A DNA stretch of 51,098 nucleotides, from NCBI GenBank assembly GCA_002269645.1, contig NIVC01004095.1, positions 1 to 51,098 of the forward strand, written 5' to 3'. Below, one piece after another: positions 50,842-51,098 of the stretch (its first letter is position 1; the number at the start of each line of letters is the position of its first letter). This DNA is from Macrostomum lignano. Lineage: Eukaryota. A program made the position numbers and the translations under genes. Below the pieces are notes generated by a model. It ran no database searches. It saw only the letters and a list, made by a program, of their open reading frames with translations, and was not told the DNA's origin.

Positions 50842-51098
50842 CTGGACTGCAGTGTGGCCAAACGGGACTTTGAGCCCCCTGGTCGCACGCGCCCTGCAGT
50901 AACGACGACCATTCACAAAAGTGTAACGGTAGAGCCCAGTTGATGCCAGCCCTGAGGCTGAGCCCCGGTTGCAGGGTGTTCCCCACCTGCTAGTAGGGTT
51001 CAGGTGCTCCTCCTTTCTGCCATTCTTTTTTTCTGGACGGCATCCCAGCGCGGTTTTATCCCCATTCTTTTATTATTTTATCTGGCCATTAGAAGCCT

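Overview
Eukaryotic (animal) genomic DNA with GT-AG introns, GC-rich exons, AT-rich introns and many micro/minisatellites. The composition suggests a lophotrochozoan, plausibly a Macrostomum-type flatworm (inference only). Genes read by eye: the 5' part of CFAP300 (minus, runs off the left edge), an achaete-scute bHLH gene (minus), a 6-exon DSTYK-like gene with a dynamin-type P-loop and a degenerate kinase domain, a 5-exon Wnt11-like gene with an altered C-terminal cysteine finger, an orphan single-pass membrane ORF ending in EYFV, a disrupted signal peptide + 3x F-type lectin gene and an intact PAN/apple + F-type lectin gene. Mobile DNA: tRNA-derived SINEs, hAT MITEs with 8-bp TSDs (some carrying a 21-bp minisatellite), a Harbinger-type MITE, and Crypton and LINE remnants. 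The most striking structure is a 3.3-kb foldback element (45753-49075): two inverted arrays of a 161-bp G-quadruplex-type repeat around a decayed DDE/SWIM transposase, inserted at AAA|TTT without a TSD (Spy-like). Several genes need a single extra base to read through, which points to long-read consensus errors. All homologies are recalled from memory of the families and were not database-searched.
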